A stretch of DNA of 64,000 nt, taken from an uncultured bacterium. Its GTDB lineage: Bacteria > Patescibacteriota > Saccharimonadia > UBA4664. The number at the start of each line of letters is the position of its first letter. The stretch's first letter is position 1. Location: assembly GCA_963720265.1 (NCBI GenBank), contig CAVRET010000001.1, positions 261,916-325,915 on the forward strand, read 5' to 3'. Of this stretch, positions 39,399-49,167 are shown one piece after another. Both the position numbers and the translations under genes were made by a program. The notes under the pieces are model-generated. The model ran no database searches. It was not told the origin of the DNA and saw nothing but the letters and a program-made list of their open reading frames with translations.

Positions 39399-40591
39399 GA
39401 GTCGGGCTCGTCGTCCCCCACATTTTTATGCAGGCGGATATTTTACCGCGGGTGATATTTTCGCCTGGACAGCTAGCGCTTGATTTGTGCTCTGGTCTGA
39501 CTGAAGCCGGCGCGGCGGTGACGCTGTTTTCGCCCGGACTGGTGGCGACGCCCGCCCGCAACGTGACGGCGGATTTGTCGGCGTTTGAGGCGGAGCTTAC
39601 GGCACGGGGTGACGATTATTTGGACTTATTGCGCAAGCACCCGCTCGTTTTTGTGTCGCTGGCGCGGGCGGTACAGGCCGAGCTTATTGCCAAGGCTTAT
39701 GCCATGGCTAATGCCGGCGAGCTTGACGTGGTCCACATCTATATGACCGAAGAGGACATTGCGCTGCCGTTTGCGCAGTTTTGTACCCGGCCAGTGGTCT
39801 TTACGCATCACGATCCGTTTAATTTTGCGGCCAGATATCGGCATAGTTTTCCGCGGTTTAAGGGCTTGAACTGGGTTTCGATCTCGATGTCGCAACGGCG
39901 GCACATGCCGTCTGATACGAATTGGGTGGGTAACGTGTACCACGGCCTGTGGGCGGACGAGTTTGAGCCCAGGCCCGGTGGCACGAGCGATTATGTCGCA
40001 TATTTGGGCCGGATTGTGGAGCCCAAGGGCGTGCATCTTGCGATTAAGGCAGTACAGCAATATAACAAATCAGCTCAGCGGCCAGTTACGCTCAAAATCG
40101 CGGGCAAACATTACAGTGGAGAGAAGGATGAATATTGGCAGGCAAAGATTGCGCCGGAAGTCGATGGGAAGACGGTGGAGTACTTAGGTTTTATCCGGGA
40201 CACTCAGGCAAAGGGCGCGTTTTTGGCCGGGGCGGAGGCATTGCTCATGCCCTCGACCTGGGACGAGCCGTTTGGCCTATCGATGGTGGAGGCGCTGGCA
40301 AGTGGTACGCCGGTGATTGGACTTGATTCAGGCTCGATTCCGGAGGTTGTGCGCGATGGCACGACGGGCATAGTTGTGCCGAAAACGATGCGCCGGGTGG
40401 CCGACGCGAAGTCCGGCCATCCGCACGAAGTCGTGGACGATGCGCCTACGGTGGCGGCGTTGGCTGCAGCACTCGCGCGGATCGGCGAGATCGACCGCCG
40501 GGCCTGCCGGGCCGAGTTTGAAGCCCGGTTTACGCTTGAACAAATGGCGGCCGGCTATCTGGATGTCTACCAGCGGCTTATGAATTCTTGA
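39395..40591 (+). CDS. Family 4 glycosyltransferase
   Basis: YLGRIVEPKG and EPFGLSMVEALASGTPVI motifs. Confidence 0.93.
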   Translation: MRVGLVVPHIFMQADILPRVIFSPGQLALDLCSGLTEAGAAVTLFSPGLVATPARNVTADLSAFEAELTARGDDYLDLLRKHPLVFVSLARAVQAELIAKAYAMANAGELDVVHIYMTEEDIALPFAQFCTRPVVFTHHDPFNFAARYRHSFPRFKGLNWVSISMSQRRHMPSDTNWVGNVYHGLWADEFEPRPGGTSDYVAYLGRIVEPKGVHLAIKAVQQYNKSAQRPVTLKIAGKHYSGEKDEYWQAKIAPEVDGKTVEYLGFIRDTQAKGAFLAGAEALLMPSTWDEPFGLSMVEALASGTPVIGLDSGSIPEVVRDGTTGIVVPKTMRRVADAKSGHPHEVVDDAPTVAALAAALARIGEIDRRACRAEFEARFTLEQMAAGYLDVYQRLMNS

Positions 40592-40865
40592 CGGGTTGAA
40601 AGCGTGGGCTCTCAAGGCCGTTATTCATAACCGGTGTGAGCCAGCCGTCTTTGCCGCGCAAAGGGCGCACCCAGACGACCGGTTTTGGCTTTACCAGGAG
40701 CTCATAAACGACCACCAACTCCTCGGTGGCCTCATCTATGCCAACGCGGACCACGCGGTAGTGCTGGTCGGGATTGCGCCAATGGTAATACAAGCTTCCG
40801 GGCACTACTTTCATCTCGGCGCCTTGAATGCGGTTGGCAAGTTCTGGGTAGGGCGTGTGGGCCAT
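40578..40865 (-). CDS. DUF1653-family protein
   Basis: YYHWR..YRVV..EATEELVVVY..WVRPL..PRF. Confidence 0.8.
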   Translation of the reverse strand: MAHTPYPELANRIQGAEMKVVPGSLYYHWRNPDQHYRVVRVGIDEATEELVVVYELLVKPKPVVWVRPLRGKDGWLTPVMNNGLESPRFQPVKNS

Positions 40866-40867
40866 GG

Positions 40868-41716
40868 TTATAAGATTACCAGATCGGTCTTAATGGCAGG
40901 GTGTGCCTGATAGTTTTCGAGCGCTATATTATCGGCTGTAAAGTCGTCGATGGTCTTGGGGTTGCCGACGATTTTTAGCTTCGGAAACGGATATGGCTTG
41001 CGCTGCAGCTGTTCCTTGGCAGATTTAATATGGTTGCGGTAAAGGTGGGCATTGCCGGCGGCAATGATGAGTTCGCGCGGCTCGGCGTCAACCAGATGCG
41101 CGATCATGTAGAGCAGCATGGCGTATTGGGCGATGTTGAAGGGCGCACCGAGGAATACGTCCCACGAACGTTGGTAGAGCTGGAGGCGCAATTTGCCGCC
41201 GGTGAGATCGAACTGGAACATGGTATGACATGGTGGCAAGCGCATGTCGCCGTAATCATCCGGGTTCCAGCGGCGGTCGCCGAGCTCGCCGGCGTTCCAG
41301 GACGAAACGATAATGCCCTTGGAGTCGGGATTGGTCTTGAGTTGTTCAATTGCCCACGCCAGTTGGTCAAATTCCGTACCGTCCGGCCGCAGCCAATGCC
41401 GCCATTGTACGCCGTAAATGCGGCCGAGATCGTCGTAGCCGTCGCGCAAAAAGCCGTCCCAATAATGGATGTTGTGCTCGTGCAAATATTTGGCCTCGGA
41501 GCTGCCGGAAATAAACCACAACAGTTCGTGCGTGAGCATTTTGAACGGCATTTTCTTGGTGGTGAGGAGCGGGAAACCGTAACGCAGGTCGAAGCGGATT
41601 TGGACGCCGAATAGCGTTTTGAGTGGATAAAGGCCGCGTGAAGGCTTGCTGCGGCCATTTTTCATGATGTCGGACATCAGACCCAGATATTCGTACTCTG
41701 GATGGCGCCTGGGCAT
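40868..41716 (-). CDS. thyA: Thymidylate synthase
   Basis: FPLLTTKK, LPPCH and YQRSWDVFLGAPFN motifs. Confidence 0.97.
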   Translation of the reverse strand: MPRRHPEYEYLGLMSDIMKNGRSKPSRGLYPLKTLFGVQIRFDLRYGFPLLTTKKMPFKMLTHELLWFISGSSEAKYLHEHNIHYWDGFLRDGYDDLGRIYGVQWRHWLRPDGTEFDQLAWAIEQLKTNPDSKGIIVSSWNAGELGDRRWNPDDYGDMRLPPCHTMFQFDLTGGKLRLQLYQRSWDVFLGAPFNIAQYAMLLYMIAHLVDAEPRELIIAAGNAHLYRNHIKSAKEQLQRKPYPFPKLKIVGNPKTIDDFTADNIALENYQAHPAIKTDLVIL

Positions 41717-41717
41717 G

Positions 41718-42053
41718 CTAGCCCCCGGCCGTCAGCGTGGCGTCGATCCAGTCCTGGAGCTCGGTGTTCAGCGCATCAGGTTGCACAAACGTGACCATCG
41801 GTACTTCCTCTTGACTGGTACGGCGGACGTCGTCGATGAGCGCCTTGAGATGCCGGCTCGTGGTGTAGCTCGTGATCGTGATGTAATGCGGCATGTCGTT
41901 GATTTCGCCCTTCCACAGAAAGCGGGCCGGTGCGTGGAAAAACTGCCCGCCGGTGACGAGCCGCTTTTCGAGCAGTGAATTTAGAATTGTTTCGGCCTGC
42001 GCCCGGTCCTCGGCGCTAATTTTTACCTCGTAATATTGATGCTCTTCCACCAC
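41718..42053 (-). CDS. CutA-like protein
   Basis: AETILNSLLEKRLV..FLWKGEI..EEVP..LQDWI. Confidence 0.75.
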   Translation of the reverse strand: MVEEHQYYEVKISAEDRAQAETILNSLLEKRLVTGGQFFHAPARFLWKGEINDMPHYITITSYTTSRHLKALIDDVRRTSQEEVPMVTFVQPDALNTELQDWIDATLTAGG

Positions 42054-42173
42054 TCCCTCCGCGCTAGTTACACTTATGGTATCAGGAGTGTCTAGCTTGA
42101 TCCAGGAGGGATATTATTGTATTATGTTATTTCTAGGGGATATCGGACTTTCACATTGGAGGTGGGACACCAC

Positions 42174-42848
42174 ATGGACTCCGTGTTTGCGGATGGTTTT
42201 GCGGATAGCATGTGCGATCTATTGGCAGGCGTGGCGCGAATTGATTATGCGCATCATGACAATGCCCTTGATCCAGCCTTTCTGGCACTGCTGGCAGAAG
42301 AGCTCATCGCAGCCCGCTACAAGCCCTGGATGCTAGACACCTGCGGACCGGCCGAGAGGCTTGGGCTACGGGTTATGACCGCGCGTTCGCGTGGTTTTCC
42401 CCACACGAGGCGTCTCCAGGGGGAATTTACCGCGCTTGTTCGGGGCTGTGGACTTGATTGGACGCCGGATACCGTAATAGCGCAGCGCTATCCGGTTGGA
42501 CATCCTGGGCTGCCGACTCACGCCGACCCCCCGGTTGACAAGGTTCTGGTGGCGCTATTTCCAGTGACCGGGAGCGCGGATTTCCAGATTCTCGAAAGCT
42601 ACCAGCGGGTAGGCGTGGTGGCGGAATGGGTGTCTGCTGCGGGCGGCGTGACACTCTTGCGAGGGCCGGCGGTTAGCGTCAACGACGGTGATTTGGGGCC
42701 TTTTCACAAGGTCAGTGGACCGATCGGTGATGTCGCTCGGATACTGCTCGGCTTCCACATGGTGAGAGAGTTACGAGGAATGAATGGGCCGGGTGTGCCC
42801 GGCCCATTCATTCCTTGCAAAGGATTTATACATTTGGGATTTAGGTAA
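42174..42848 (+). CDS. Putative 2OG-Fe(II) oxygenase-like protein (solitary unit F)
   Basis: QRY..GLPTHAD..FHKV..RILLGF (HxD..H..R), promoter TTGATC-N17-TATTAT at 42097-42125, 18-bp perfect hairpin at 42776-42815. Confidence 0.62.
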   Translation: MDSVFADGFADSMCDLLAGVARIDYAHHDNALDPAFLALLAEELIAARYKPWMLDTCGPAERLGLRVMTARSRGFPHTRRLQGEFTALVRGCGLDWTPDTVIAQRYPVGHPGLPTHADPPVDKVLVALFPVTGSADFQILESYQRVGVVAEWVSAAGGVTLLRGPAVSVNDGDLGPFHKVSGPIGDVARILLGFHMVRELRGMNGPGVPGPFIPCKGFIHLGFR

Positions 42849-43791
42849 CAAGCCGCCGGACGTTCTTGCCGGCGAGTTCAAGCATTTTGACCGCGTAGCC
42901 GGATGAGTGGTCTTCGCGGTAAACAAATTCGGCGATATCAGTGGCCATGAACATGCGAGCGCAGGTGGGGCACGGTAGCAGGTTAATGAATAGCGTCGTG
43001 TCGTGCAGGTCGATGCCCTCGCGTCCGGCGGTGACAATGGTTTGGACCTCAGCGTGGTTAACGTCGTAGTGGTTGAGGTCGTTCATGGGCGAGAAGTGTC
43101 GCTCCCGCGAGGCGCCGTAGTGCATGGCGTAGGTTTGGTATGGCACGACCGCGTTGAACTGGGTGAGCAAGAGCTGGAATTTGCCGCCCTTGCGTCGACC
43201 CAGCGCGATGCCGGCTTGAAATTCGCTATAGGCCAGAGAATACTTGGCAATATTGTCGGCTTCTTGGAACATCTCGACGTCAGTGAGCAGCTTTGTGTTG
43301 ATTTCGGGAGGCGTCGGTAGGCTTGCGGCGTAGCTACGGGCTTCGGCTTCGGAGGCGAAGGGTGAGATGAGGTCGTAATCGATGCGGCGGCGGGCCAGGA
43401 CGTAATACTCCGGGTGGAGGTGGAACGCGAAGTACCAAGAGCCGTTAATGAAGACGGCACGGCGGATGTCGAGCTTTTCGAGGATATAGGGCAGGTCGCG
43501 CTGGAAATAGCTAAGCGCGGTGATTTTGTGTGGGCTCTTGGCATTGACCTGGTCGATGATGGGCTGGACGGAACCCAGGGAGAGCATTTTGAACTGAGGC
43601 TGGTTTTCGAGCCCGAGTACGTACGGCTCTTTGGCGAGGCCGAGAATAATATTGCCCTTGGGCAGGTAGGTCTTGACGAGCTGCTTAAAGCGAGCCGGTG
43701 AGAGCTCGCGTGGGGCGGCGATGAAGGTGGCATTCAGCTCGCTTAAGGGCTTTTTCGAGCTAAAGGCGAGGTCGGTCCAGTCGAAGTTCAC
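42841..43791 (-). CDS. Zn-dependent cytidine/dCMP deaminase with extra N-terminal domain
   Basis: HAE and PCPTC motifs in the C-terminal half. Confidence 0.82.
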   Translation of the reverse strand: MNFDWTDLAFSSKKPLSELNATFIAAPRELSPARFKQLVKTYLPKGNIILGLAKEPYVLGLENQPQFKMLSLGSVQPIIDQVNAKSPHKITALSYFQRDLPYILEKLDIRRAVFINGSWYFAFHLHPEYYVLARRRIDYDLISPFASEAEARSYAASLPTPPEINTKLLTDVEMFQEADNIAKYSLAYSEFQAGIALGRRKGGKFQLLLTQFNAVVPYQTYAMHYGASRERHFSPMNDLNHYDVNHAEVQTIVTAGREGIDLHDTTLFINLLPCPTCARMFMATDIAEFVYREDHSSGYAVKMLELAGKNVRRLVT

Positions 43792-44324
43792 GACGAACCA
43801 TCACGGTATTTGTCTTCAAATTTGGCAGCGAGACGGGCGATTTGTTTGGCCTGGTCTTTATAGAGGTTGGCGTTTTCGAGCGGTGTATGTTTGAGCTTGC
43901 GGTAATTCCAGACACTTAAGTCGGGTGAATCGAAAGGAATGCATTGGAAATGCAGATGATCGGGCACCGAGCCTTGGGCGTCGGTGCCGTCTTTTTGAAT
44001 AATCTGCATGCCCTTGACGTCGTGAGACTCGCGGATGAGGCGTTTGGCAATATAAAAAAGCTTGCGCATAGTAGACCATTCAAGCTCAGTGAGATCCTTG
44101 GGCGAACGGATATGCCGGCGCGGAACCACGAGCAAATGGCCGTCAATATAGGCGTAGAGGTTGATGGTCATGACGACACCGTTTTCCTCGAAGAAGACGT
44201 ACTTGGGGTTTAGATCGCAATAGACGCATTTTCCGACCGTTTGCCAGATGCCGTCATAGTTTTTAGTAAAACGCGCATCGCGATAGTATTCTTGCTTTTT
44301 TTGTTCGTCCGCGGGCGCCGGCAC
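43788..44324 (-). CDS. HIT-family protein (HxHxQ variant)
   Basis: CVYC, GHLLVVPRRH and SVPDHLHFQ motifs. Confidence 0.85.
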   Translation of the reverse strand: MPAPADEQKKQEYYRDARFTKNYDGIWQTVGKCVYCDLNPKYVFFEENGVVMTINLYAYIDGHLLVVPRRHIRSPKDLTELEWSTMRKLFYIAKRLIRESHDVKGMQIIQKDGTDAQGSVPDHLHFQCIPFDSPDLSVWNYRKLKHTPLENANLYKDQAKQIARLAAKFEDKYRDGSS

Positions 44325-44326
44325 TG

Positions 44327-44899
44327 CTATCTCTCTTTGACCGGTTCTTTGCGCAGGTCGATGAAATCTTTGAAGACATCATAGAGATGACCGCCGATGG
44401 CTCGTTGCACGATTTTGGTGGTGGATACGGCTGTTGACTGGCGGTCGATCATGATAGCTTCGCCGCCGTATTTGATGACGGTTTTGTATTCTTTGGATTG
44501 TTTGTAATCGTCGGTCCAATCTTCACGGTCGGTGACGTAGACGTCGGGTCGCAGTAAGCCTAGCGACGGCTGGCAGGTTGGCTCGGGCAAGACGGTGACA
44601 AAATCGACAAACTTCAGGAACGTGAGCATTTCGCAACGCAGCTTTTCGTCGAGAATGGGTTTGTTGGGGCCCTTTAGCTTGCGAATGGCGGCGTCGGAGC
44701 TGACGCCGACCACCATGACGTCGCCGTAGCTACTGACTTGTTCCAAGTAACGGCAATGCCCGGGATGCAAGAGGTCCCACGTGCCGGCAGTGAAGACGAT
44801 TTTTTTGTCGCGTTTTTTCAGTTCATCGTGCAAATTCATCAGGTCGCTTTGGGCAACTAAACGTTTTTTCCACGTTGTTTTGGTAACTGTCTGCGGCAT
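44327..44899 (-). CDS. Cytidylyl/adenylyltransferase (RfaE domain II / TagD-like)
   Basis: FTAGTWDLLHPGH, VGVSSD, KGPNKP and STTKIV motifs. Confidence 0.88.
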   Translation of the reverse strand: MPQTVTKTTWKKRLVAQSDLMNLHDELKKRDKKIVFTAGTWDLLHPGHCRYLEQVSSYGDVMVVGVSSDAAIRKLKGPNKPILDEKLRCEMLTFLKFVDFVTVLPEPTCQPSLGLLRPDVYVTDREDWTDDYKQSKEYKTVIKYGGEAIMIDRQSTAVSTTKIVQRAIGGHLYDVFKDFIDLRKEPVKER

Positions 44900-44935
44900 G
44901 TTCCACCTGTTCTTAGCAGTATCATACCGGTTTCG

Positions 44936-45964
44936 CTAGACGCGCTGCAATCCTCTTTTGATCTGGCGGGGCGAGCGCAAGATGAAGCTGCGGGCGAGCA
45001 AAAGGTCTTTAGTACGGACAAAATGTTCGTTTTCGGGCAAAGATTCGTACGGATTGTGGCGCAGGAATTTATAGAGGTCGTACATGAGAAAGAGATCAAC
45101 GAGCTCTTCGAGTAGATTGAGGCTGCGCGTGCCGGTGTGCAGGACCGGTTGCTGGAATTTGGCGGCGCCACGCTTATTGTAGCCGGACTGCAGGAAATAT
45201 TTGCGGACGTGGTGCTCGGTTTTGTACTTTGAGTCGACAAGCAGGAAGGCGAGCGTGCGGGCGACATCGAAAACCGGGTGTCCGAAAGCGGTTTTTTCGA
45301 AATCGAGGATGCCTGAGACCTCGGGGCCGGCCGGGGTATCTTGGAAGAGAATATTGCCGCGGACGAAATCCATATGCAGCGGCTGCCGGTGCGGGAGCTG
45401 CTCTGTAATCTCAAGCACGCGCCGGAGCCTGTCGAGACGCCTGAGTGGTAACTCTATTCCGAGCTTGCTGTGAGCGGCAGATTGCACGGCGGCTTGCGCG
45501 AAGTAGCTCCGCATACGCGTTAGAATGGCCTGTAACTCAGCAGCGGCAAGTGGCAAGTTGTTTCGCGGCATGGCAACGAGTGCGGCGTGCATTTGGCTCA
45601 TGGTGGCACCGAGGAGCATGAGGTGGTGACGGGTGTAGGCCTCCCAGGGGATGGTGAAGCCGGGTAGGTAGTTGTAGAGCGCTGCATATTTTATGCGGGT
45701 GGGTATTCTGAGTACCACGATATGCGTATCAGCAGGATGCCGGACCGGCAGGCTGCTAGCTGCGAGGTAGCTTGAGACCGCATTGGCGCTGCGGATGCGG
45801 CTTAGAATGTCGGCGTCCGACTTGTAGAGGATGAGATTCACCATGCGGCCGTCGGTTAGATGCGCTGGGTATGAGTGGTTACGGTAGCCTGTCTGGCACG
45901 CGAGATACCCGGCTGGTTTGGCGCCGTAGAAATTCAAGATTTGCGTCAACATATTTTCCGTCAC
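44936..45964 (-). CDS. APH/choline-kinase-like phosphotransferase
   Basis: HMDFVRGNILF and GILDFE motifs. Confidence 0.85.
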   Translation of the reverse strand: MTENMLTQILNFYGAKPAGYLACQTGYRNHSYPAHLTDGRMVNLILYKSDADILSRIRSANAVSSYLAASSLPVRHPADTHIVVLRIPTRIKYAALYNYLPGFTIPWEAYTRHHLMLLGATMSQMHAALVAMPRNNLPLAAAELQAILTRMRSYFAQAAVQSAAHSKLGIELPLRRLDRLRRVLEITEQLPHRQPLHMDFVRGNILFQDTPAGPEVSGILDFEKTAFGHPVFDVARTLAFLLVDSKYKTEHHVRKYFLQSGYNKRGAAKFQQPVLHTGTRSLNLLEELVDLFLMYDLYKFLRHNPYESLPENEHFVRTKDLLLARSFILRSPRQIKRGLQRV

Positions 45965-46072
45965 GTCCAGAAGTATATCAGCAAACCATTCTCTTTACGG
46001 ATGATGAGATTTGTTTTAATATATTGTTGCCTTTTGTAAATCGTATTTCTACGAGAACCGGGAGGGAGCACC

Positions 46073-46504
46073 ATGTCGGGCTTGCCGTCTGGCGAAGATG
46101 CGGAGACAGACGCACCGGATTTGGATGCGCTGCAGAGGTTTGATGCGGTATACGAAGCCGCAAAGGCTGTTACCGGCAGGGAAATACCAAGGGTGGGCCA
46201 GTCAAGGATGCGCCCACAAGAGCGGGCGCTTGTGCTCATGGTGCGCGCATTGGCAGTTGCCGTTGCCGTGGGTGAAGTTGGCGACCGTGCGACGCACAGC
46301 AAACAAATTCTCTTTGAGCCGGCCGCAATCACCGGCATTCCAATCCAGACGCTGTATAATGCCGTGTCTGAGATGGAACGGCTTCTCGTTGGTCGGCCGG
46401 CCGAGCGGCAGGTGATTCTGGACGTCCTCGCTTGCTTGGATGACCAGCATATCAAGGTGGTTCTACCCGAGGCCTGGCGGGCGGCGATCGATTTCGCCTG
46501 GTAG
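46073..46504 (+). CDS. Hypothetical protein (solitary unit G)
   Basis: GGGAGG SD, TTTACG-N17-TAATAT, hairpins at 46526-46556 and 46558-46592. Confidence 0.6.
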   Translation: MSGLPSGEDAETDAPDLDALQRFDAVYEAAKAVTGREIPRVGQSRMRPQERALVLMVRALAVAVAVGEVGDRATHSKQILFEPAAITGIPIQTLYNAVSEMERLLVGRPAERQVILDVLACLDDQHIKVVLPEAWRAAIDFAW

Positions 46505-46602
46505 CTCCGGATGCGACGGAAACATGGGCGCGGGGAGAATGGTGACTCCTCGGCCCTGAGCGACCCGGTAACGGATCGCTCTTCTTGTTTTTATGCAGTT
46601 CG

Positions 46603-46875
46603 TCAGGCCGTGCCGAAGCGCTGGGCTGCCCTAGCCTTAGCTTTGGCGGTTTCGACGTCGCGATCGCGGGGTTCGGCCGCGGTGACTAGCGAGCCAAGCA
46701 GGCGGCGTGCTACGGCTGCCGTGTCGTTCACGGCCTGCTCAAATGCGGCGGTATTGGCGGCCGAGGGCTTGGTGAAGCCGGACAGTTTGCGCACAAATTG
46801 CGTGGCTGCCGCGCGGATTTCGTCGTCCGTGGCTGGCGGGTCAAAGTTGTATAACACTTTAATGCTACGGCACAT
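46603..46875 (-). CDS. DUF2277-family protein
   Basis: MCRSIKVLYNFDPPATDDEIRAAATQFVRKLSG. Confidence 0.9.
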   Translation of the reverse strand: MCRSIKVLYNFDPPATDDEIRAAATQFVRKLSGFTKPSAANTAAFEQAVNDTAAVARRLLGSLVTAAEPRDRDVETAKAKARAAQRFGTA

Positions 46876-46896
46876 AGTCCCTCCGTGCGGGCGGTG

Positions 46897-47997
46897 TTAT
46901 TTCTTGCTGGTGGCAATGGCCGAGATGGTGGCCGGAGCGTCAAGCTTAATACCGGGCCCCATCGAGGTGGTGACAGCCAGGCCGCGTACGTACGTGCCCT
47001 TGGCGGCCGAGGGCTTGGCTTGCAAAATAGCTTTGAGCAGCGTTGTGGCGTTGTCTTCGAGGTTTGCAGCGCTAAAGCTGGCCTTGCCAATGGCTTGGTG
47101 CACGATGGCCTGCTTGTCGATGCGGAACTCAACCTTACCGGCCTTGGCGGCTTTTACGGCTTCGGCCACATTGGGTGTAACCGTTCCGGACTTGGGGTTG
47201 GGCATGAGGCCGCGCGGGCCTAAGATCTTGGCAACTTTGCCGAGTGCGGCCATGCCGGCCGGCGGGGCAACGAGCAAGTCGAAATCGAGCTTGCCGGCCT
47301 CGATGTCGGCCAGCAGATCGATAGTACCGACACGGTCCGCGCCGGCGTCTTTCGCGGCTTTTGCCGCATCACCGTCGGCGTAAACTGCTACGCGCACGGT
47401 TTTGCCCGTGCCATGAGGTAGAGTCACGCTGGCGCGCACCATTTGATCGGCCTGGCGCGGGTCAACACCGAGATTAATGTGTAGCTCGACCGAGCTATCA
47501 AACTTGGTGACCGAGGTTTGTTTGGCAAGCTCCAGCGCTTCCGTGAGGGCATAGGCCTTGTCTATATCAATCAATTCAGCGGCTTTGCGGTACTTTTTGC
47601 CGTGCTGATGGAGCGGATTGGGCATTTGGCGCTTGGGCGCTTTAGGCTCGGCGGCTGCGGCCGCTTCGGCCTCGGCGTGATGCTCCTTGGCTTCCTGTCG
47701 CGCTTCCTCGGCTTCGGCTTCGCGCACGGCTTTGGCGCTACGCCTGCCGGCTTTGGCTATGTCTCTCTCGACCGGCTTTGGGGCCTTGGTGTCTTCGATT
47801 GGTGTGTCGTCTTCGGCCTCGGCCGATTTAATTTCCTTGACCTCTTTGGAGCCGGGTTTGTCGAGTTTCTGATCTTCGGCTGAGGCTACGGTATCGGCAG
47901 TAAGCTCAATTTCTGGCTCGGTCTCTTGGACCTCGGCAATCTCGGCCTGCATTTCCTCTTCAGCCTTAATGTCTTCGGTTTTCTTGGTCTGTGCCAT
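46897..47997 (-). CDS. rplA: 50S ribosomal protein L1 with ~130-aa acidic N-terminal extension
   Basis: KFDSSVE, LPHGTGK and LGPRGLMPNPKSGTV motifs. Confidence 0.97.
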   Translation of the reverse strand: MAQTKKTEDIKAEEEMQAEIAEVQETEPEIELTADTVASAEDQKLDKPGSKEVKEIKSAEAEDDTPIEDTKAPKPVERDIAKAGRRSAKAVREAEAEEARQEAKEHHAEAEAAAAAEPKAPKRQMPNPLHQHGKKYRKAAELIDIDKAYALTEALELAKQTSVTKFDSSVELHINLGVDPRQADQMVRASVTLPHGTGKTVRVAVYADGDAAKAAKDAGADRVGTIDLLADIEAGKLDFDLLVAPPAGMAALGKVAKILGPRGLMPNPKSGTVTPNVAEAVKAAKAGKVEFRIDKQAIVHQAIGKASFSAANLEDNATTLLKAILQAKPSAAKGTYVRGLAVTTSMGPGIKLDAPATISAIATSKK

Positions 47998-47999
47998 GA

Positions 48000-48434
48000 T
48001 TAGTCCTCCACCTCAATGCCCATACTGCGGGCTTGGCCGGCAATGATCTTTTGTGCAGCTTCGGGGTCGTGGGCGTTCATGTCGCTTTGCTTCTTCTCGG
48101 CCAGATCGGCAACTTGCGCGTGGGTGAGCTTACCGACCTTGGTCTTGTTGGGCACACCCGAGCCTTTATCTACGCCGGCGGCTTTGCGGATTAGATTGGC
48201 GGTCGTTTCGCCCTTGTAGGTGAAACTAAAGGTGCGGTCTTCGAAAATTCTGACGCGCACACTCAAAAGCTGGTCACCGAGCTCGCGGGTCTGCTCGTTG
48301 AAGGTGTTAATGAAGTCCATCATGTTGACGCCGTGGGCGCCGAGTGTGGACCCGACTGGCGGCGCTGGGGTGGCTTTGCCGGCCGGCACACGGAATTTGA
48401 TATTGGCCCTTACAGGCTTGGCAACTTGGGCCAT
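48000..48434 (-). CDS. rplK: 50S ribosomal protein L11
   Basis: AGKATPAPPVG..ARSMGIEV. Confidence 0.98.
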   Translation of the reverse strand: MAQVAKPVRANIKFRVPAGKATPAPPVGSTLGAHGVNMMDFINTFNEQTRELGDQLLSVRVRIFEDRTFSFTYKGETTANLIRKAAGVDKGSGVPNKTKVGKLTHAQVADLAEKKQSDMNAHDPEAAQKIIAGQARSMGIEVED

Positions 48435-48446
48435 AGAGTTCTCCTA

Positions 48447-48477
48447 GTGGTCAAATGGCCGTTGTGTGGCCTCCCAC
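48447..48477 (-). promoter_or_regulatory. L1-binding leader of rplK-rplA
   Basis: GTGGGAG-GCC..GGC-..GACCAC, directly before the AGGAG SD. Confidence 0.65.
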
Positions 48478-48588
48478 GATTACGTTAGCTTTGTAATAGT
48501 AACAGATTGAGTGTTGTTTGGGAAGGGTTTGTGGTTCGTTTGTTATACTAGCTCGTACCCGCAAAAATCACGCTTCGGATTGAGGACG

Positions 48589-48966
48589 ATGCGAATGAGA
48601 GCATGCCAACGCGGCTCGGCGCGACCGGGTCAGACTGTGGATGACGGCGTACGCGGTATTGCGTATACCATCATGGGCGACCCGATTGTGCCCGGGCTCC
48701 AGATAACGCGGCTGGAATTTGGTCCGGGCGCGGAGCTTCCGCTCAGGAAGCTTGAACTGGCGGGTGAAGAGACCCTTCTCGTCGGACTTACCGGCTTGAT
48801 GGTAGTGACCGAGGCGGACGAGGAGTCTCCACTGGGCCCAGGCGATGTCATCGTGCTTGACCGTCACACCATCTGGGGCATCAGGAACGCGGGCGATGAC
48901 CCGGCTGCAGTACTTGTCCAGCAGCCGGCGGAGAGTTTGCCGGTGGCGCGGCCCATGCCAATGTGA
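48589..48966 (+). CDS. Cupin-like protein (solitary unit H)
   Basis: LGPGDVIV..WGIRNAGDDPA, TGnTATACT promoter, perfect 15-bp hairpin at 48984-49020. Confidence 0.65.
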   Translation: MRMRACQRGSARPGQTVDDGVRGIAYTIMGDPIVPGLQITRLEFGPGAELPLRKLELAGEETLLVGLTGLMVVTEADEESPLGPGDVIVLDRHTIWGIRNAGDDPAAVLVQQPAESLPVARPMPM

Positions 48967-49167
48967 GCCTCGGTGTGTGCTTTAGCCGGAGGCACCCCTG
49001 ATCGCGGGGTGCCTCCGGCTGGCAAAAAATACTTATCACGGTCATGTGAAACTTACATTTATGGCTGTTATAGAGATTATTGGTCTTTTGTGAAGCCTTT
49101 TCGCACTGGAATCAGCGTGCGCGTTGTGGGGACTGTTGAAATTTTGCTACGATTAAGCCAATAAGCC

